The notes below the pieces were generated by a model. The model made no database searches, was not told the origin of the DNA, and was given only the letters and a program-made list of their open reading frames with translations. A program made the translations under genes and the position numbers. Shown one piece after another: positions 62,414-64,000 of a DNA stretch of 64,000 bases. Every line of letters begins with the position of its first letter. Position 1 is the stretch's first letter. The stretch spans positions 16,831-80,830 of the forward strand of contig CAVVQJ010000003.1 of NCBI GenBank assembly GCA_963750385.1, read 5' to 3'. The DNA is from an uncultured Alphaproteobacteria bacterium (GTDB lineage Bacteria > Pseudomonadota > Alphaproteobacteria > Sphingomonadales > Sphingomonadaceae).

Positions 62414-64000
62414 ATGGCGGACGATCACGGCCCGGGATTCGATGGCTCGCACGGCATTTGGCAACGCGGCGGCACGGACGTCGAACATCTGCCCGACCCA
62501 TTCGCCACCTTTTCCGTCCCGCCGGGCGCTGCTCCTCCCGTTGAAAAGCCGAAGCGGCGGCGCTGGCTTCGCTGGGGCTTCACCGCGTTCGGGGCGTTGC
62601 TCCTGGTCACTTTGATCTGGCTGATCGTGACCGCGCCGCTGAGCCGTGCGCTGGAGCCGCTCGAGGACCCGGCGATGTTGCTGGTGAGTCAGGAGGGCCG
62701 GCCGATCGCGCGGCGCGGCGCGGTCAAGGATGAGCCGGTCGAGGCGGCGAAGCTCGACCCGATGACTCCGGCCGCCTTCATCGCCATCGAGGATCGGCGC
62801 TTCCGCAGCCATTGGGGCATCGACCCACGCGCCATTGGCCGGGCCATGGTCGCGAACGTCCGTGCCGGCGGTGTCCGGCAGGGGGGAGCACCCTGACGCA
62901 ACAGCTCGCGAAGACCAGCTTCCTCTCGTCGGACCGCTCGATGAAACGCAAGGCGCAGGAGGTGATCATCGCCTTCTGGCTCGAAGGCTGGCTGACCAAG
63001 GACGAGATTCTCTCGCGCTATTTGTCGAGCGTCTATTTCGGGGATGGCGTCTACGGGCTGCGCGCGGCCTCCCGCCATTATTTCGATCGAGAGCCCGAGC
63101 GGTTGACGCTCGCCCAATCGGCGATGCTGGCCGGCATGGTGCAGGCGCCCTCGCGCCTCGCGCCGACCCGCAATCTGGCGCTGGCGCCAGAAACGGAGCC
63201 GCGCTGGTGCTCCAGGCGATGGCCGATACCGGCGTCATCTGCTCAGGCGCGCGCGCGCGAGACCCGGTCGGCACGGCCGGTCGGCAAGGATGGCAAGCGT
63301 TCCAACAGGCACCTATTTCGCCGACTGGGTCGCACCGCAGGCGGCGCAGGCATTCGACGCCGACTATGGCGAGGTGAGGGTCGAGACCACGCTGGACGCC
63401 GACTTGCAGCGGTTGGCCGTGCGGGCCGTCGCCAATGCTCACATCGGCGATGCTCAGGCCGCGCTGGTGGCGATGAGGCCCGATGGTCGGGTGGTCGCGA
63501 TGGTCGGCGGCCGAAATTATGGCAAGAGCCCGTTCAATCGCGCCACCCAGGCGCGGCGGCAGCCGGGCAGCGCGTTCAAGCTGTTCGTCTACCTCGCCGC
63601 GATGCGCGCCGGCTACGACCCCCGACAGCATCATCGAGGATCGGCCGATCACGGTCGACGGTTGGACGCCGGCCAACAATGACGGCGTTTATCGCGGCCC
63701 GATCACGCTTGCGCGAGGCCTTTGCGCGGTCGAGCAACGCCGCCACGGTGCGACTGGCGGAGCAGGTCGGCCGCGACAATGTCATCCGCGCGGCGCGCGA
63801 CTTGGCATCACCACGCCGCTGACCGACCGCCCGAGCCTGGCGCTGGGTACAGCCGGGGTCAGCCTGCTCGAACTGACGTCGGCCTATGCGGCGGTCGCCG
63901 GCGGGCGCTATCCGGTCGAGCCGCGCGGGCTGCCGCTATCCGATGCGCGGGATGCCGGAGCGCTTGTCGGATTCTTCCGCGCGCGGAGGCACGGCTCGAA
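62414..64000 (+). CDS. class A penicillin-binding protein (GT51 transglycosylase + transpeptidase), 3'-partial, at least 6 frameshifts
   Basis: FIAIEDRRFRSHWGIDPRAIGRA...GGSTLTQQLAK...RKAQEVIIAFWLE..., YGLRAASRHYF, QARRQPGSAFKLFVY (SxxK). These are split over ORFs 62396..62896, 62812..63822, 62835..63377, 63290..63682 and unlisted frames. Confidence 0.85.

Overview
High-GC (~65%) alphaproteobacterial chromosome segment. The protein sequences suggest a sphingomonad, but that is inference only. I saw no rRNA, CRISPR array, transposase, integrase or phage genes.

Main content, all on the minus strand: tRNA-Trp, secE, nusG, rplK-rplA, rplJ-rplL, rpoB and rpoC. This normally contiguous array is interrupted three times by small accessory blocks:
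- a general-stress-protein-26-like flavoprotein (GSP26) and TspO
- PPK2, DUF4956, a secreted unknown protein, a metallophosphoesterase and a cupredoxin
- a membrane protein, a DOPA-dioxygenase-family protein and a Met-rich repeat lipoprotein

The rest is housekeeping and envelope genes:
- thyA, tandem entericidin-like lipoproteins, a fatty acyl-AMP ligase (FAAL), recX, a two-domain cold-shock protein
- an NDUFA12-like/DUF2155 pair, aat, arsC, two L,D-transpeptidases, a TonB-like protein
- an ECF sigma/RskA anti-sigma pair followed by fasciclin and CHRD proteins
- accBC, thiSG, pcm, a ThDP enzyme with an ArsR regulator, an aldehyde dehydrogenase, scoAB
- a retropepsin-like protease and a five-gene translationally coupled operon
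- the ATPase zeta inhibitor, BolA and Grx4
- a BlaI/BlaR1-like pair, several glycosyltransferases, nadA, an orphan solute-binding protein and a class A PBP

Most notable observations:
1. A candidate polyphosphate-linked accessory block sits inside the ribosomal-protein array.
2. A segmental-duplication footprint carries a chimeric junction ORF (MBL head fused to scoB tail) and paralogous lipoproteins.
3. A Met-rich (NDMxMS)n lipoprotein lies next to rpoB.
4. A BlaR1-like protease lacks a penicillin-binding sensor domain, and its operon has two TACAnnTGTA operator boxes.
5. There are about 36 single-base frameshifts, strongly clustered in rpoB, rpoC, 54.0-56.7 kb and the PBP gene. They are almost certainly consensus indel errors, not pseudogenes.

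All calls come from manual reading of the ORF track and the sequence. No searches were run.
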